IMG/VR virus record: IMGVR_UViG_3300012942_000120
Location: 1 to 27,040 of that record
Source: a virus
Lineage: Duplodnaviria > Caudoviricetes
Strand: one strand, 5' to 3'
Length of the DNA: 27,040 nt
Shown here: positions 1 through 9,668 of the stretch, one piece after another
Layout of the letters: the number at the start of each line of letters is the position of its first letter
Numbering within the stretch: the stretch's first letter is position 1
The notes under the pieces: model-generated
Told to the model about the DNA's origin: nothing
Databases searched by the model: none
Seen by the model: the letters and a program-made list of their open reading frames with translations, nothing else
Made by a program: the position numbers and the translations under genes

Positions 1-573
1 CACACTGCCTGTCGGCGCGCCTCCGAAATTGCCCCACGACGCGAAGTTTCCGGATTGTTGCAGCAGATTCGTTCGCGGCGTCGCATACAGCAGTTGCCTG
101 CCTTGCCAGTCGGTGCGGTAGATCGACTGGACGTCAATCGCCTGATTGACTGGCTGACCATTGGGGCCAACGAGCTGGAATGCCTTCGTAGCGCCATCGC
201 CAGCGCCAAATTGCTGGTTCTCGACCGTTATGTCCGTCAGAAAGTTTGCCGCGTCCAGATACCTCGCCAGCGTGCGGCGGCGGCGTACCGTGGCACCCAC
301 GAGATCATCGAGATAGACGCACAGCGCCGAGATCGTGCCGTTGATGTCGCCGACGGTTAGCGTTGGCGAGGGCTGCTGCGCGTCCGTCGTGCGCATGAAT
401 CCCGTCGCCTGAATCGGCCATGGCTTGTATTCGTTATCCTGCCACCAGATCGATGCAGACTGCAGATGTCCATGGAAGCGCAGCATGTCGCCGCCGATCG
501 CCGTGCAATCGACTTCGAATAGCTCGATGAGCGCGCCGGGCTCTAATTGTTGTACGTCTGCTGTTATCGGCAT
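1..573 (-). CDS. Minor tail protein L (lambda gpL-like), runs off the left edge; carries a non-gpL segment after residue 111
   Basis: Hand translation from ATG 573 (overlaps the TGA of the upstream gene): [36 protein letters not shown]...[11 protein letters not shown]...[16 protein letters not shown]...[15 protein letters not shown], a typical gpL N-terminal half. Open to position 1. Not in the ORF track because there is no stop. Confidence 0.88.
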   Translation of the reverse strand, partial: MPITADVQQLEPGALIELFEVDCTAIGGDMLRFHGHLQSASIWWQDNEYKPWPIQATGFMRTTDAQQPSPTLTVGDINGTISALCVYLDDLVGATVRRRRTLARYLDAANFLTDITVENQQFGAGDGATKAFQLVGPNGQPVNQAIDVQSIYRTDWQGRQLLYATPRTNLLQQSGNFASWGNFGGAPTGSV

Positions 574-1850
574 CAGGCGTACTCGTAAATCAGGATGTAG
601 CCAGGGGACGCCGATCCACCCGCCAGCGCGTTCTGGCTAGCACCAAGCACAGTACCGCCGCCGCCTGCGCCGCGGCCCGAGGCCGCGCCACCCGTTACGC
701 CCGCACCTCCGACCCCGCCAGCGCCGAGCGCGCTTGTCGCGCCGTTTCCCAGCGAGTACGTAGCACCCGCTACCGAAAAAGCACTCGACCCACCAGGATT
801 TCCGCTGGTAGCAATTAGTGCTGTGCCTACCTTCAATACCACGCCGCCGCCAGCGGAGGCTGCAGCTTGCGGGGATGAGGTAGGACCGCTAATACCGCCG
901 CCAGGCCCGCCTGTGCACGTACAGATAGACCCGTTAGTACCGAATGAGGTGTTACCCCCAGTAGTACCTACGTTCCCTAGCGCGCCTGCGCCCGGCGCGC
1001 CAATAGTCAGCGCAACATCGCCTGAGACCGCGGCAGCGTCAATCTGCGCGGCAGTAAGCAGGTATCTTGCGAAGCCTCCACCGGCACCGCCCGATCCCGC
1101 AGCCCCCTGATTTGCGCCAGTTTGGGGACAACCGCCGCCGCCACCACCACCACCGACTTGTTCCACAATGGCAAACGTGAGCGCGGCATTGCGCGTATAA
1201 GACGCGGCACCCACAGTGCCAAACGCCTTCACGCCCAACAAGCGGCCGGTTAGCGTGGCCGGGTTAAAGTTTCCGAGATCCCACGGAGGATTTCCATTGA
1301 ACGTAGGGCGAACGGGGAACGCTACAGGATTCTCCGGGGTTGTATTAAGGATATTGCCGCCCACCGATAAGGTGCCGCCGACCGTCTCGTTTCCGGCTAC
1401 GGTGCAATTGCCGTTGACTACTTCGTTGTCTGAGTTTGTGCGACCGCGCATTAGGACGGTCCACGCATGCACGCCGTCCGAGTCCATCAAGGCTGCCTCG
1501 CCCGGGTTGAGCGCGGACAGCGCTACCGTATCGCCAGAGCCCGTTCCGATTGCCAGGGTGATGACCGTTGTCCCGACGTTGCGCAAATGGATGATCCCGT
1601 CCGCGCCACACGATGCCGCCGTCGGCATCTGCACGATGCCAGCTGAGGCGAGCGCAATATTGACACGCTTTCCAAGGTGCAAAGCCGCGGTGAGCGCCTG
1701 AGCGGCAGTGATTGGTGCCGCACTCGTGAGCGTGGCCTGTGCATTGAGCACTGCCATATTCGAATTCGTCTTCGCGAAGCCAGTCCGAACGGGATCGCCA
1801 TCGGTGGCCGCCGGCGCGGTCCCGAGATTTACAGTCTGGAGTGCAGTCAT
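573..1850 (-). CDS. Gly-rich tail fibre/tail accessory protein
   Basis: 425 aa between gpM and gpL. N-terminal [22 protein letters not shown] motif is common at phage tail-fibre starts. C-terminal Gly-rich domain (VGGGGGGGG...GAGGGG...GYILIYEY). Confidence 0.7.
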   Translation of the reverse strand: MTALQTVNLGTAPAATDGDPVRTGFAKTNSNMAVLNAQATLTSAAPITAAQALTAALHLGKRVNIALASAGIVQMPTAASCGADGIIHLRNVGTTVITLAIGTGSGDTVALSALNPGEAALMDSDGVHAWTVLMRGRTNSDNEVVNGNCTVAGNETVGGTLSVGGNILNTTPENPVAFPVRPTFNGNPPWDLGNFNPATLTGRLLGVKAFGTVGAASYTRNAALTFAIVEQVGGGGGGGGCPQTGANQGAAGSGGAGGGFARYLLTAAQIDAAAVSGDVALTIGAPGAGALGNVGTTGGNTSFGTNGSICTCTGGPGGGISGPTSSPQAAASAGGGVVLKVGTALIATSGNPGGSSAFSVAGATYSLGNGATSALGAGGVGGAGVTGGAASGRGAGGGGTVLGASQNALAGGSASPGYILIYEYA

Positions 1851-1856
1851 TGTGCG

Positions 1857-2195
1857 TTACGGTGCGAAGGATTGAATGAACGTCGCGGTGATGGTGTACA
1901 CGCTGCCGTCTTTCGTTGGCTCGGTGTACGTCTCGCAGGTGAATTGCAACTGCGGGCGCAGCGGCGGCGTCCAAAGGAACGGCGTTGCGCCGGCGTGCGC
2001 ATCCAGGAAGCTGAGGATCGCCGAAATCTTCGTTTCGTCGCCGATGAACTGCAGCGAATACGTCGCCGAGCGGTTGTTGAGGCCGTCAGCTGCCTTCTGC
2101 GCATATCCGTCTCCGAACTGCGCGGTCCGCGTGCGCAGCGTCGTGTCGCCGGACAGGTTGGCAACCGTCGGCGCCCACGTGAAGAGGTCAGCCAT
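1857..2195 (-). CDS. Minor tail protein M (distal tail, lambda gpM-like)
   Basis: Start at ATG 2195 (TAATG overlap with the TMP stop). MADLFTWAP...AQFGDGYAQKAADGLN...FLDAHAGATPFLWTPP is a gpM signature. 112 aa. Confidence 0.9.
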   Translation of the reverse strand: MADLFTWAPTVANLSGDTTLRTRTAQFGDGYAQKAADGLNNRSATYSLQFIGDETKISAILSFLDAHAGATPFLWTPPLRPQLQFTCETYTEPTKDGSVYTITATFIQSFAP

Positions 2196-5100
2196 TAGCC
2201 CACGCTCCCATACTTCTGCTGCCACGCGTAGCCGCCCTGCCCCTTCATCTTTGCCGCAATGCGGGCATCGACCAGATTCTTGAGCTGGCCTTGCAGCCAC
2301 TTCGCATCGTCAGCAGACAGACCACCGCCGCTATCGCTTGTTTGCACTGTCAGGCTAATAGCCGCGCCTTGGGTGGCGCCATCCTGAGCAACTCCGCCAC
2401 CGACAACGCCGCCCGAGGCGAAGCGTGCCAGCCCATCAACAGTGGCACCATTGTTGAGGGCGTTAACGCCGTTCTCGCCGATCCGACTCACAGTGGCGGC
2501 CGTGAGGATGCCCTCACCGTCACTCGCACGAATCAATAGGCTGTCGCTGGTACCACTGCCGGGGCCGCTCAATACCCCACCTTCCGCATGCGATCCCGCA
2601 AAGTTGCCCGTGAGACCAAGCAGATTGTCCAGGGAATCGCCCGGTAAAGCGTTTGCGACGCTTCCAGCCAAACCCGTGTTGGAGCCAAAAAGACCGGATG
2701 CAGCAGAAACCGCGCTGGCAAGTAATCCGCTAATCGCAGCTTTTGCGGACATTCGTGCAAGATCCGCGATAATGGAATTAGCGAGCGATGTGAAACTGAG
2801 CTTGCCGGTCTGGACGAATGACACCCATGCATCTTCCATCCCGCTCGTCACGTCGCCAAACAGCTTTTCCGTTTGTTTCATCCGATTGGCGGCGTCGTCC
2901 ATATAGTCCTCAAACGCCGTTTTCGCCCCGTTTGTCCAATCCGCCTGTTTCGCCTTCAATTCGGCGTAATAGTCAGAATAATCTTTCAACGACTCCTTCA
3001 ATCCGGCCTGAACCCGAGCCGAGTCAATGTTGTATTGATCGCTGCCCAGCAGCCCGCTTTTTGAAGCAGTCTTGTTGAGCTTTTCCTGCTCATCCTGGTA
3101 CTTCTTATAGATCGATCTCACCTGATCAGCTTGCTTTTGAGCATCCGAGCCCATACCAACTGCAGATAGCTGTCGCTGATACTGGTCAGCCTGAGACACC
3201 TGGTAACTCGAAACGTCTGCATCAATAGAAGCGCTCGCCTCTTTCAGCCTATTTAGGTCATCCTGCGATTTCTTTTGCTGCTCTAGCGCAGTGTTCTGTT
3301 TGAGTACCGCGTCGATGGTGGCTTGGCTGGCAAGCAACGATTTTTGGTCCGCTGTGAGCGTTTGCTTGCTCTTCAGATCGGCAATCATCTGCTCGAACTT
3401 AATCTGCTTTTCCTGCTCGGTGCCTATCTTCTGAGTTGTGTTCAGCTGAGCCGATAACGCAGCCTGCGTTTCTGTTGCCGCCTGCAACATGCGGGTGGCG
3501 GCGTCGTCGGTATATGCCTTGGGAGCCCGCTGCTTCGGATCCTTGTACTTTGAATTTATCTTGCCCTCGTCCGACAACTGCTGATCTAGACTTAGGCCTA
3601 GCGGCGTCGCGATGGTGTCAATGTACGACTGTATTTCCTTAGTACGCTTGTCCGCCGGTGTTGCAAACTGCGAATTCCAAACATCGTACGAGTGTTTTGC
3701 GTCGATCAATTCCTGCTGCTGTCGATCCGTTCGAGCCTTATCTTGTGAATCCTTGACCGCCTTGTCGCGCGCAGCGATCGCCGCCTGCAGCTCCGATTCA
3801 TCTTCCGAGGACCATTGACCAATCGGTGCACGCGCGCTTTTGTTTGCCTGCAAGCGAGAAACAATTTCCCCGGGGCCGGCCGCGGCGCCAAACGATCCGA
3901 CGGCCTCGACGGCGCCGTTTATCATGGCTTTAATGTCTCGCCAGCCCGTGAGGATAATGCCCTCGTTCTTGGAAATATCCTGCGTCCGACTCTCCATTGC
4001 TGCCGAAAACGCCTCTACTGCAATCTGTGCTGCACCCGTCGCGTCTCCCTGCTTCTCTAAGGCGGTGATCTGGTCATAAGTCGATGCGGTCAGGAAGTGA
4101 TATTGATCATTTAGCGCAACTGAAGCCTTGACTGGATCGTCTGCCAACTTGGTGAAATCATCCACCATCTTTTGCGCAGATATACCGGTGTACGTCGCAG
4201 CATCTGCAACGGTCTGGCCCAGTGTCGCGATTTCATCGCCCGTCAGCTTTCCGGTGGCCGCCAACGCAGTCACCGCCGCAGCCGCCGCATTAAAGCTCGC
4301 CCCTCCCGAAGTGGCAGACGTCGCCATAGCCCTAAGCTGATCCGCCGTTACCCCCGCGTACCCACCCGTCAGAGCGAGAGCCTCATTCATTTTCTCGTTC
4401 TGTGACTCGACTACGTACATCGCAGCGGCGACTCCTGCAATCGACAGCGTCACCGGGTTCAGCACCAGTTCAAGGGCACCCGCCAACGAAAGAAGACGTG
4501 TGAACGATCCGGCTAATTTTGAAAAATTACCACTTGCGGCCTCACGCCCCAACACGCCGATTTCGTTAGCTAAGCCATGCGTTGCGTGGACGGCTAAACC
4601 AGCGCCAGCCGTCTCCGCCTCGTAGGCGGCCGCCATTTCCTCGCCGAGTGCGATCTGTGCTTTTCGGGCGGCGATTTCCTCGGCGATCGCTGCCACTTGC
4701 GCAACTTCTGCCTCCGTATAGCCCGCCATTTGAGCGTCATAGACCGCCATTTGGGCATTGGTAGCAGTAAGCGCCGTAAGCTGGCGTCCCAACGCCTCCG
4801 CAACCGCCGCCGCACCGGCGCTGATTTCCGTAGACGCCGCGGTGAATTGCGCCGCAGCCTCTACTTGCATCGTTCCGGCATTTTCGGCCGATGCGGCGAT
4901 GCCAGAATTAGCTTTCTCTGCCATCGTCGCCGCTGCTGCCAATTCATCAAGGCTTGCCGCGTATCTGGCAGCCACGTCATCCTGCGCAGCCAGTGCAGCC
5001 GTCGCTGCCAGCGATGATTCAACCATCGCGGAGATGCGTGCAGCGGCGGCCGCTTCGCTCTCTCCCATTGCAACAGTTGCAACCGTAGCACTTTGTATCG

Positions 5101-5455
5101 CTACGCGACTTTCATTAATCCGGTCGATAAACGGTTGAATAGCCGACGTAATGCCAAGTTGCTCCGCAAGCATCGCGCGGCGAGCTTCGGTTGAATACTC
5201 AAGCTTTTGCGCCTGCTGCACATACGCGGCGGTAGTTTTGTTAATTGCATTTATTTCGGCTTTGCTGAGCGTTTCGCCGGCGGCGGCGGCCTTAGCCTGC
5301 GCCTCCATAACGGCGGCTTCCTGAGTTCTGACGACCTCGGCCTTCAGCCGCTCGATCGTCATAAAGTCATTGTTGGCCTTCGTGGCCTTGCCCATCTCAA
5401 CAACGAACTGACTCGCGTCACCAACCAGGGTCGCCTTCAACTGCTTATCAGCCAT
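2195..5455 (-). CDS. Tail tape measure protein
   Basis: 1086 aa, Ala-rich helical sequence. Lambda-type TMP motifs (ALALTGGYAG, KLADDPVKASVALNDQYHFLT, DWTNGAKTAFEDY, FASGGVVG). Lies just upstream of gpM. Confidence 0.95.
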   Translation of the reverse strand: MADKQLKATLVGDASQFVVEMGKATKANNDFMTIERLKAEVVRTQEAAVMEAQAKAAAAGETLSKAEINAINKTTAAYVQQAQKLEYSTEARRAMLAEQLGITSAIQPFIDRINESRVAIQSATVATVAMGESEAAAAARISAMVESSLAATAALAAQDDVAARYAASLDELAAAATMAEKANSGIAASAENAGTMQVEAAAQFTAASTEISAGAAAVAEALGRQLTALTATNAQMAVYDAQMAGYTEAEVAQVAAIAEEIAARKAQIALGEEMAAAYEAETAGAGLAVHATHGLANEIGVLGREAASGNFSKLAGSFTRLLSLAGALELVLNPVTLSIAGVAAAMYVVESQNEKMNEALALTGGYAGVTADQLRAMATSATSGGASFNAAAAAVTALAATGKLTGDEIATLGQTVADAATYTGISAQKMVDDFTKLADDPVKASVALNDQYHFLTASTYDQITALEKQGDATGAAQIAVEAFSAAMESRTQDISKNEGIILTGWRDIKAMINGAVEAVGSFGAAAGPGEIVSRLQANKSARAPIGQWSSEDESELQAAIAARDKAVKDSQDKARTDRQQQELIDAKHSYDVWNSQFATPADKRTKEIQSYIDTIATPLGLSLDQQLSDEGKINSKYKDPKQRAPKAYTDDAATRMLQAATETQAALSAQLNTTQKIGTEQEKQIKFEQMIADLKSKQTLTADQKSLLASQATIDAVLKQNTALEQQKKSQDDLNRLKEASASIDADVSSYQVSQADQYQRQLSAVGMGSDAQKQADQVRSIYKKYQDEQEKLNKTASKSGLLGSDQYNIDSARVQAGLKESLKDYSDYYAELKAKQADWTNGAKTAFEDYMDDAANRMKQTEKLFGDVTSGMEDAWVSFVQTGKLSFTSLANSIIADLARMSAKAAISGLLASAVSAASGLFGSNTGLAGSVANALPGDSLDNLLGLTGNFAGSHAEGGVLSGPGSGTSDSLLIRASDGEGILTAATVSRIGENGVNALNNGATVDGLARFASGGVVGGGVAQDGATQGAAISLTVQTSDSGGGLSADDAKWLQGQLKNLVDARIAAKMKGQGGYAWQQKYGSVG

Positions 5456-5909
5456 TCTGAACCTCGGTCAATGCAGACGCCAACATATCAACTATCGTCT
5501 GAAGCGCTTGCTGGGTCTTGGCATCGACGGCCGGCCGGAAAAATGGGTGAGCAGCGGCATGCGAATTGCCATGTTCAGCCTGATACCCATCTTCGACCAG
5601 AAGACCGTAAAACGCGTCGCGCCCTATAACTATGCTATACGTCTGAAGACGCCCAGCAACGCTCGAATTCTCCGCATCATGGAAAATGATAATGTTTTTC
5701 TTGAGGGTGCCAGGCGGATACACAGTGCCACTTCTCTTATGCGACTTCAGGCCAATTGGCGCGCGTAATTTTATTTCACCCATGATGACGCGCGCACCAG
5801 CGACTGTCGCCTTCCGGAGCGTCGACTCGCTGGCGACGTCGGTCATCTGCTCGAGCAACTCCCCGAAGCCAGTCGGGTTACTGATCGTCGCCGATACACC
5901 AGCCGCCAT
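5448..5909 (-). CDS. HK97 gp10-family tail completion protein
   Basis: LRKATVAGARVI...RAP...GTLKKNI...AFYGLLVEDG...AHPFFRPAVD matches the HK97-gp10-like pattern. Confidence 0.8.
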   Translation of the reverse strand: MAAGVSATISNPTGFGELLEQMTDVASESTLRKATVAGARVIMGEIKLRAPIGLKSHKRSGTVYPPGTLKKNIIIFHDAENSSVAGRLQTYSIVIGRDAFYGLLVEDGYQAEHGNSHAAAHPFFRPAVDAKTQQALQTIVDMLASALTEVQNG

Positions 5910-5933
5910 TTTCCACCTATAGGGTTCGACACA

Positions 5934-6332
5934 TTACCGCCTGCGTCGTTTGACCTTGAATTTCTTGCCGTCGCCTTGGTTCAGATCGACGCCGAATACC
6001 GCCAGCGCGACGAACTTGGCCTGATCCTTTGGATCTTCAAATAAAATCGGCTTGCTCGACGCCGGCTCTTCAATCCACGGCATGAAATCTGTCGGCCTGA
6101 AGGGATCAGGCTTCGCCTTGGCATTGCGGTTCACGTTTGCAATCAGGGCCGCAAGCTGCCCCATTCGCATGTCTGCTATGCGTTCGCCAAACGGTTCGAT
6201 CCGGTAATACGCCATCCAGTACGCCAGCTCGTCACTATCAATCGCCCGTTTTGCATGGGCGATCGACTTATGCCCGAGCGCCAGCGTCAGGCGGTGCCAG
6301 AAGAGTCGCTCTGGATGGCTTCGGAGTTTTTT
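5934..6332 (-). CDS. Tail assembly chaperone, gpT portion (reached by -1 frameshift from gpG)
   Basis: Frame overlapping the gpG 3' end reads KKLRSHPERLFWHRLTLALG...ELAYWMAYYRIEPFGERIADMRMGQLAALIANVNR...DFMPW, typical of gpT/DUF4035-like proteins. Confidence 0.8.
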   Translation of the reverse strand, partial: KKLRSHPERLFWHRLTLALGHKSIAHAKRAIDSDELAYWMAYYRIEPFGERIADMRMGQLAALIANVNRNAKAKPDPFRPTDFMPWIEEPASSKPILFEDPKDQAKFVALAVFGVDLNQGDGKKFKVKRRRR

Positions 6333-6661
6333 TCTGCATCCTCGACCGCCTTCTGGCCGAGACCGTTGATGCGCTGGCACTCCAACCCGATTTTGCGCAC
6401 CAACTCTGCGTGACTCTTCCGCAATACGTCGACCTCATCGGGAGCGAACATCGGCGTACCGTCTTCATTGACGACGGTGGCCGCCACGAGCGCGGAAAAA
6501 TAGACGCTGTCGGTAAGTCCTTGGTCTTGAACAACTTTCTGAAACGCATCGCGGTCATATCCGCTCATCACGCGAATGCGAAGCGTGCCATCGAGACCAT
6601 TCACCGAGGTATCCTCGGTGCGGGTAGCGACGGCGGCCAACAACTGCTCTTTCGTCAGCAT
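6287..6661 (-). CDS. Tail assembly chaperone gpG
   Basis: 124 aa directly after the tail tube gene. MLTKEQLLAA...IRVMSGYDRDAF...VVNEDGTPMF...AEKN, ending at a slippery site. Confidence 0.85.
   Translation of the reverse strand: MLTKEQLLAAVATRTEDTSVNGLDGTLRIRVMSGYDRDAFQKVVQDQGLTDSVYFSALVAATVVNEDGTPMFAPDEVDVLRKSHAELVRKIGLECQRINGLGQKAVEDAEKNSEAIQSDSSGTA
6326..6332 (-). other. Programmed -1 ribosomal frameshift slippery site A AAA AAC
   Basis: Minus strand reads GCA GAA AAA AAC TCC near the end of gpG, an X XXY YYZ heptamer. A -1 shift enters the gpT frame. Confidence 0.85.
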
Positions 6662-6664
6662 CGA

Positions 6665-7096
6665 TTACCCCCCCACTGCCGGCGTGACTTCAATGTCGCC
6701 GGTAATTTTGATGACAACGGTTCCTTTCACGACTGCGTCGACGGCCGAGGTGATTGGAAAGCTCTTCACGTATGCGTCGAACGCGATCGTCGAGCCGTCG
6801 CTAAGCGTCGCCTGATACGGAGCAACAACTCCCGATTTCTTATCGGCGAGCAGCGCTGCGTGGCTCGGCTCCGACATGTTGATGTTGATGTCGAACGAGA
6901 GCGTGTCCCAATCCTGTAGACCGGGCCTCGATTCCTTCGCGGTGCTGTCGAAGTCCGTCACGTCGATGTCGCTTGCGGAGCCAGAGAACCCGTTGAAATT
7001 CGACATATTCTTAATCGGCGCCCACACCGGTGCCTCCGTGGTTCCCGTGTTTTTTGCGAGCTTCGTGCCCTGCGAGCTAATTGCGGTGCTGGTCAT
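6665..7096 (-). CDS. Major tail (tube) protein
   Basis: MTSTAISSQGTKL...SDIDVTDFDSTAKESRPGLQDWDTLSF...FDAYVKSF...IKITG, a siphovirus tail tube pattern in the expected position. Confidence 0.9.
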   Translation of the reverse strand: MTSTAISSQGTKLAKNTGTTEAPVWAPIKNMSNFNGFSGSASDIDVTDFDSTAKESRPGLQDWDTLSFDININMSEPSHAALLADKKSGVVAPYQATLSDGSTIAFDAYVKSFPITSAVDAVVKGTVVIKITGDIEVTPAVGG

Positions 7097-7100
7097 GGTT

Positions 7101-7454
7101 TCACTCCTGATACCAGATGGAAAAGTCTTGCCGACTGCCGTAAAGCTTCGTGTCGTCCTCGTAGACGCTCACCGGCGCGCCAATCGGCACGCCGCGAACA
7201 GGCGCGGCAGTCAGCGCAGCGCGCACCTGTTGAATGATGGTTGCCGCTTCGGCCCGCGTGGCTGCCCACACAGCGACCTGCATGCGGCTGTTTTGCAGCG
7301 TGTCCGCGCCGTCGAATGTCGTTTCGTCGACGCCTCCTACGGATTGATAGACGATGTACGGCTTGACCGCAGTGGCCGGCGCGACGTCGGGATACACGCG
7401 ACCGCTGGCAAGTGCCTTGATGGCGCTGTAGGTGACGGATTCAGCGCTAGCCAT
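7101..7454 (-). CDS. Tail terminator (DUF3168/HK97 gp11-like)
   Basis: From ATG 7454: GRVYPDVAP...PYIVYQSVGG...RMQVAVWAATRAEA...YEDDTKLYGSRQDFSIWY. Confidence 0.85.
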   Translation of the reverse strand: MASAESVTYSAIKALASGRVYPDVAPATAVKPYIVYQSVGGVDETTFDGADTLQNSRMQVAVWAATRAEAATIIQQVRAALTAAPVRGVPIGAPVSVYEDDTKLYGSRQDFSIWYQE

Positions 7455-7800
7455 CGTTGCCGCCCTCTGTGCACGCGAGATCGGTGCGCTCGCGCCCGGC
7501 ATAGTCCGGCAGCGCCTTCTGAATGTTGAAAATCGCATCGTCGACCGGCTGGCCGTCGACAAACTTCAGCAGCACTGCTCGCATGCCGTTGTCGATGTCG
7601 GTACGGAACCGAATGCGGATGCTGGCCGTTGCGCTGGCAACATCAGTGTCAGAGACGAGCGATTCCTTGCCGGTTAGCATGCGCACGTTGCACCAGACGG
7701 TAGCGACCTCGGTCCAGCCCTCGATCGGCTGGCCGAGATCATCGACACCGCCGCCGTTGCGCTCGATGCGCATGCGCCGATTGAGATCGCCCGCGCGCAT
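7447..7800 (-). CDS. Head closure/head-tail adaptor (SPP1 gp16-like)
   Basis: From ATG 7800: MRAGDLNRRMRIE...DDLGQPIEGWTEVATVWCNV...IRIRFRTDIDNGMR. The ORF-track upstream extension overlaps other genes. Confidence 0.88.
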   Translation of the reverse strand: MRAGDLNRRMRIERNGGGVDDLGQPIEGWTEVATVWCNVRMLTGKESLVSDTDVASATASIRIRFRTDIDNGMRAVLLKFVDGQPVDDAIFNIQKALPDYAGRERTDLACTEGGNDG

Positions 7801-8144
7801 CAGACACCCGGCACGATGCGATGCGGTCGCAGCAGCGTCCGCGCGTTGAACGGCAGCTCGACCAACGTTCCGACGGACGAATCCTCGCGATTCGCATACA
7901 GCTCCGCCGTCGATTTGAGAATCGCTGCCTTGATCGCGCCGTTCACGACCATCGGATTGTCGCCGGCCGTGCCCGCTGTAACAGCGGCGTCGAGCGCATC
8001 TTGATCCTCGAAGACCTGCCGATTCAGATAGTCGATCGCCGACTGCGTCGCGCCGTCGAGCAGAGCCTGCACGACATCGTCCTCGACGCCTGTGTCCTGC
8101 CGCAAGAAGCCAAGCGCCAGACTGAGATCGACAAGCGCCATCAT
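7800..8144 (-). CDS. Head-tail connector (HK97 gp6-like)
   Basis: LRQD..EDDVVQALLDGA...YLNR...IKAAIL...LYANRE...LLRPHR. Confidence 0.88.
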   Translation of the reverse strand: MMALVDLSLALGFLRQDTGVEDDVVQALLDGATQSAIDYLNRQVFEDQDALDAAVTAGTAGDNPMVVNGAIKAAILKSTAELYANREDSSVGTLVELPFNARTLLRPHRIVPGV

Positions 8145-8309
8145 TTACTTCGGGGCCGGCGACGGCTTTTTGGCCGGCGAACCTTCGAGCGCATCCTTCT
8201 CGCGCGCGGCAGCTTCGAGCTCCGACGGACATTCGTCGCCGGATTTGAATTCCTTCGGGTAGATCTCGCCCTGCGGGACACCCTTGAACGGCTTCGTGAA
8301 CTTCGGCAT
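8145..8309 (-). CDS. Small hypothetical protein downstream of the capsid gene (54 aa)
   Basis: ATG 8309 with a GAGGA RBS. MPKFTKPFKGVPQGEIYPKEFKSGDECPSELEAAA... Confidence 0.7.
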   Translation of the reverse strand: MPKFTKPFKGVPQGEIYPKEFKSGDECPSELEAAAREKDALEGSPAKKPSPAPK

Positions 8310-8318
8310 GGTTTCCTC

Positions 8319-8352
8319 TAAAAAAAGAAGGGGCGTCGCAAGGACGCCCCTC
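8319..8352 (-). terminator. Intrinsic terminator after the major capsid gene
   Basis: Minus strand GAGGGGCGTC-CTTGC-GACGCCCCTT followed by C and a T run. Confidence 0.8.
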
Positions 8353-8380
8353 AACCCCCACCCACTGACGGAGATGCGAT

Positions 8381-9664
8381 TTACTCTGCGGCCGCCGCGA
8401 TCTTCAGTGCACGCATCGGTTCCGGGTTGAGCAGGCCGCCGCCTACGCGCTTTGTCGTGTAGAACAGCACGTACGGCTTCGCCGTGTACGGGTCACGCAG
8501 CACGCGCACGCCGACGCGATCGACGATGAGATACGTCTGCTGGAAATCGCCGAAAAGGATCGGCGTAGAGTTCGCCGCGATGTCCGGCATATCGGGCACC
8601 TCCGTGACCGGATAGCCCGCGAGCGTCGCCGGCTGCCCGGCGACATACGACGGCTGCCACAGATAATTGTTCTGGCCATCTTTCAGTTTGCGCACCGATC
8701 GCTGCGTATTGCGGTTCATCGTGAAGCGAGCGTTGCCGGTGAACGCGCTCGGCAGGTCATAGATCAGATCGATGATGCCATCCGACGTGATGTCTGCCGC
8801 CGCCCCACTGAGTACCGTCCCGATGGCTCCGAACGGATGCGCTGCGTCATTCGCTGCGCCGTCGACATAGGTCAGAATGCCGGTGGGCTTTTTCGTGCCA
8901 TCGCCAGACACGAAGGCGAGGCCCTCCTGCTTGGCGAATTCCGTCTGTACCTCACCGGCCAGCCACGTTTCGAGGTCGATCTCGCTGTCGTCGAGAATGC
9001 CCTGCGTGGCCGCCGGGTTGGCGTAGATCTCGCCCGAGCCGAACGCGAGCGACGCGAAAGTGCCTGTGTTCGTCTGCGGACGTGCGTCCGTCTCGCCGAC
9101 CCAGCCGCTCGCGGTGCCCCCCAGATTGAACAGCTTCGAGAAGCCAGCCTTCGACACCGGCTGCACCCGACACAGCTGACGCATCGGCGAGATGAGCACG
9201 AGCTTATTCGTGATCGTACGATCCCATTCGATAGGCGTCAGGTAGCCTCCCTGCTCGTCGGCGCCCTTGTTGAGTGCGGCGTTGATGTCCCCTTTCTTCA
9301 CATGCGCCTTGAAGGCGTCCGTGTATTCGGCATCACGCAGCGACGTACCGCCCTTACCGCTCATTTCGAGGGAGGCCATTTTGATGCTGTGCTCGTCGAG
9401 CGCCTTCTGAAACTCGTCCAGATCGGCCCCGATCTTTTCCACTTTTGCGGTGATGTCGGCAGCCGGCAGCCCGGCCTTCAGGGCATCGAGTTGCTTCGTG
9501 TTCTCGGCCTTGAACTGTTCGAATGCTCGGTTGACGCCTTCGACGAGCGCCTTCACGTCGCTTCCGCCTGCGTCTGCACGTACCGAGACGATGCCACGCG
9601 GCACAGCACCTGCAGTTCCCGCCAGGGTTGCCGCGAGCGCGGAGATGAAAAGCTTCTTGCTCAT
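8381..9664 (-). CDS. Major capsid protein, HK97 fold
   Basis: 427 aa. N-terminal coiled-coil delta-like region, then GGYLTPIEWDRTI, WVGE, LKDGQNNYLWQP, FGDF, RDPYTAKPYVLFYTTKRVGG. Confidence 0.97.
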   Translation of the reverse strand: MSKKLFISALAATLAGTAGAVPRGIVSVRADAGGSDVKALVEGVNRAFEQFKAENTKQLDALKAGLPAADITAKVEKIGADLDEFQKALDEHSIKMASLEMSGKGGTSLRDAEYTDAFKAHVKKGDINAALNKGADEQGGYLTPIEWDRTITNKLVLISPMRQLCRVQPVSKAGFSKLFNLGGTASGWVGETDARPQTNTGTFASLAFGSGEIYANPAATQGILDDSEIDLETWLAGEVQTEFAKQEGLAFVSGDGTKKPTGILTYVDGAANDAAHPFGAIGTVLSGAAADITSDGIIDLIYDLPSAFTGNARFTMNRNTQRSVRKLKDGQNNYLWQPSYVAGQPATLAGYPVTEVPDMPDIAANSTPILFGDFQQTYLIVDRVGVRVLRDPYTAKPYVLFYTTKRVGGGLLNPEPMRALKIAAAAE

Positions 9665-9668
9665 GAAT

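Noticed and set aside
1130-1156. (CCG/CCA)n microsatellite
   Set aside because: It simply encodes the poly-Gly run of the Gly-rich tail domain.
7801-8361. N-terminal extension making the head-closure protein 304 aa
   Set aside because: It overlaps two well-supported genes and a terminator. The family motif starts at ATG 7800.
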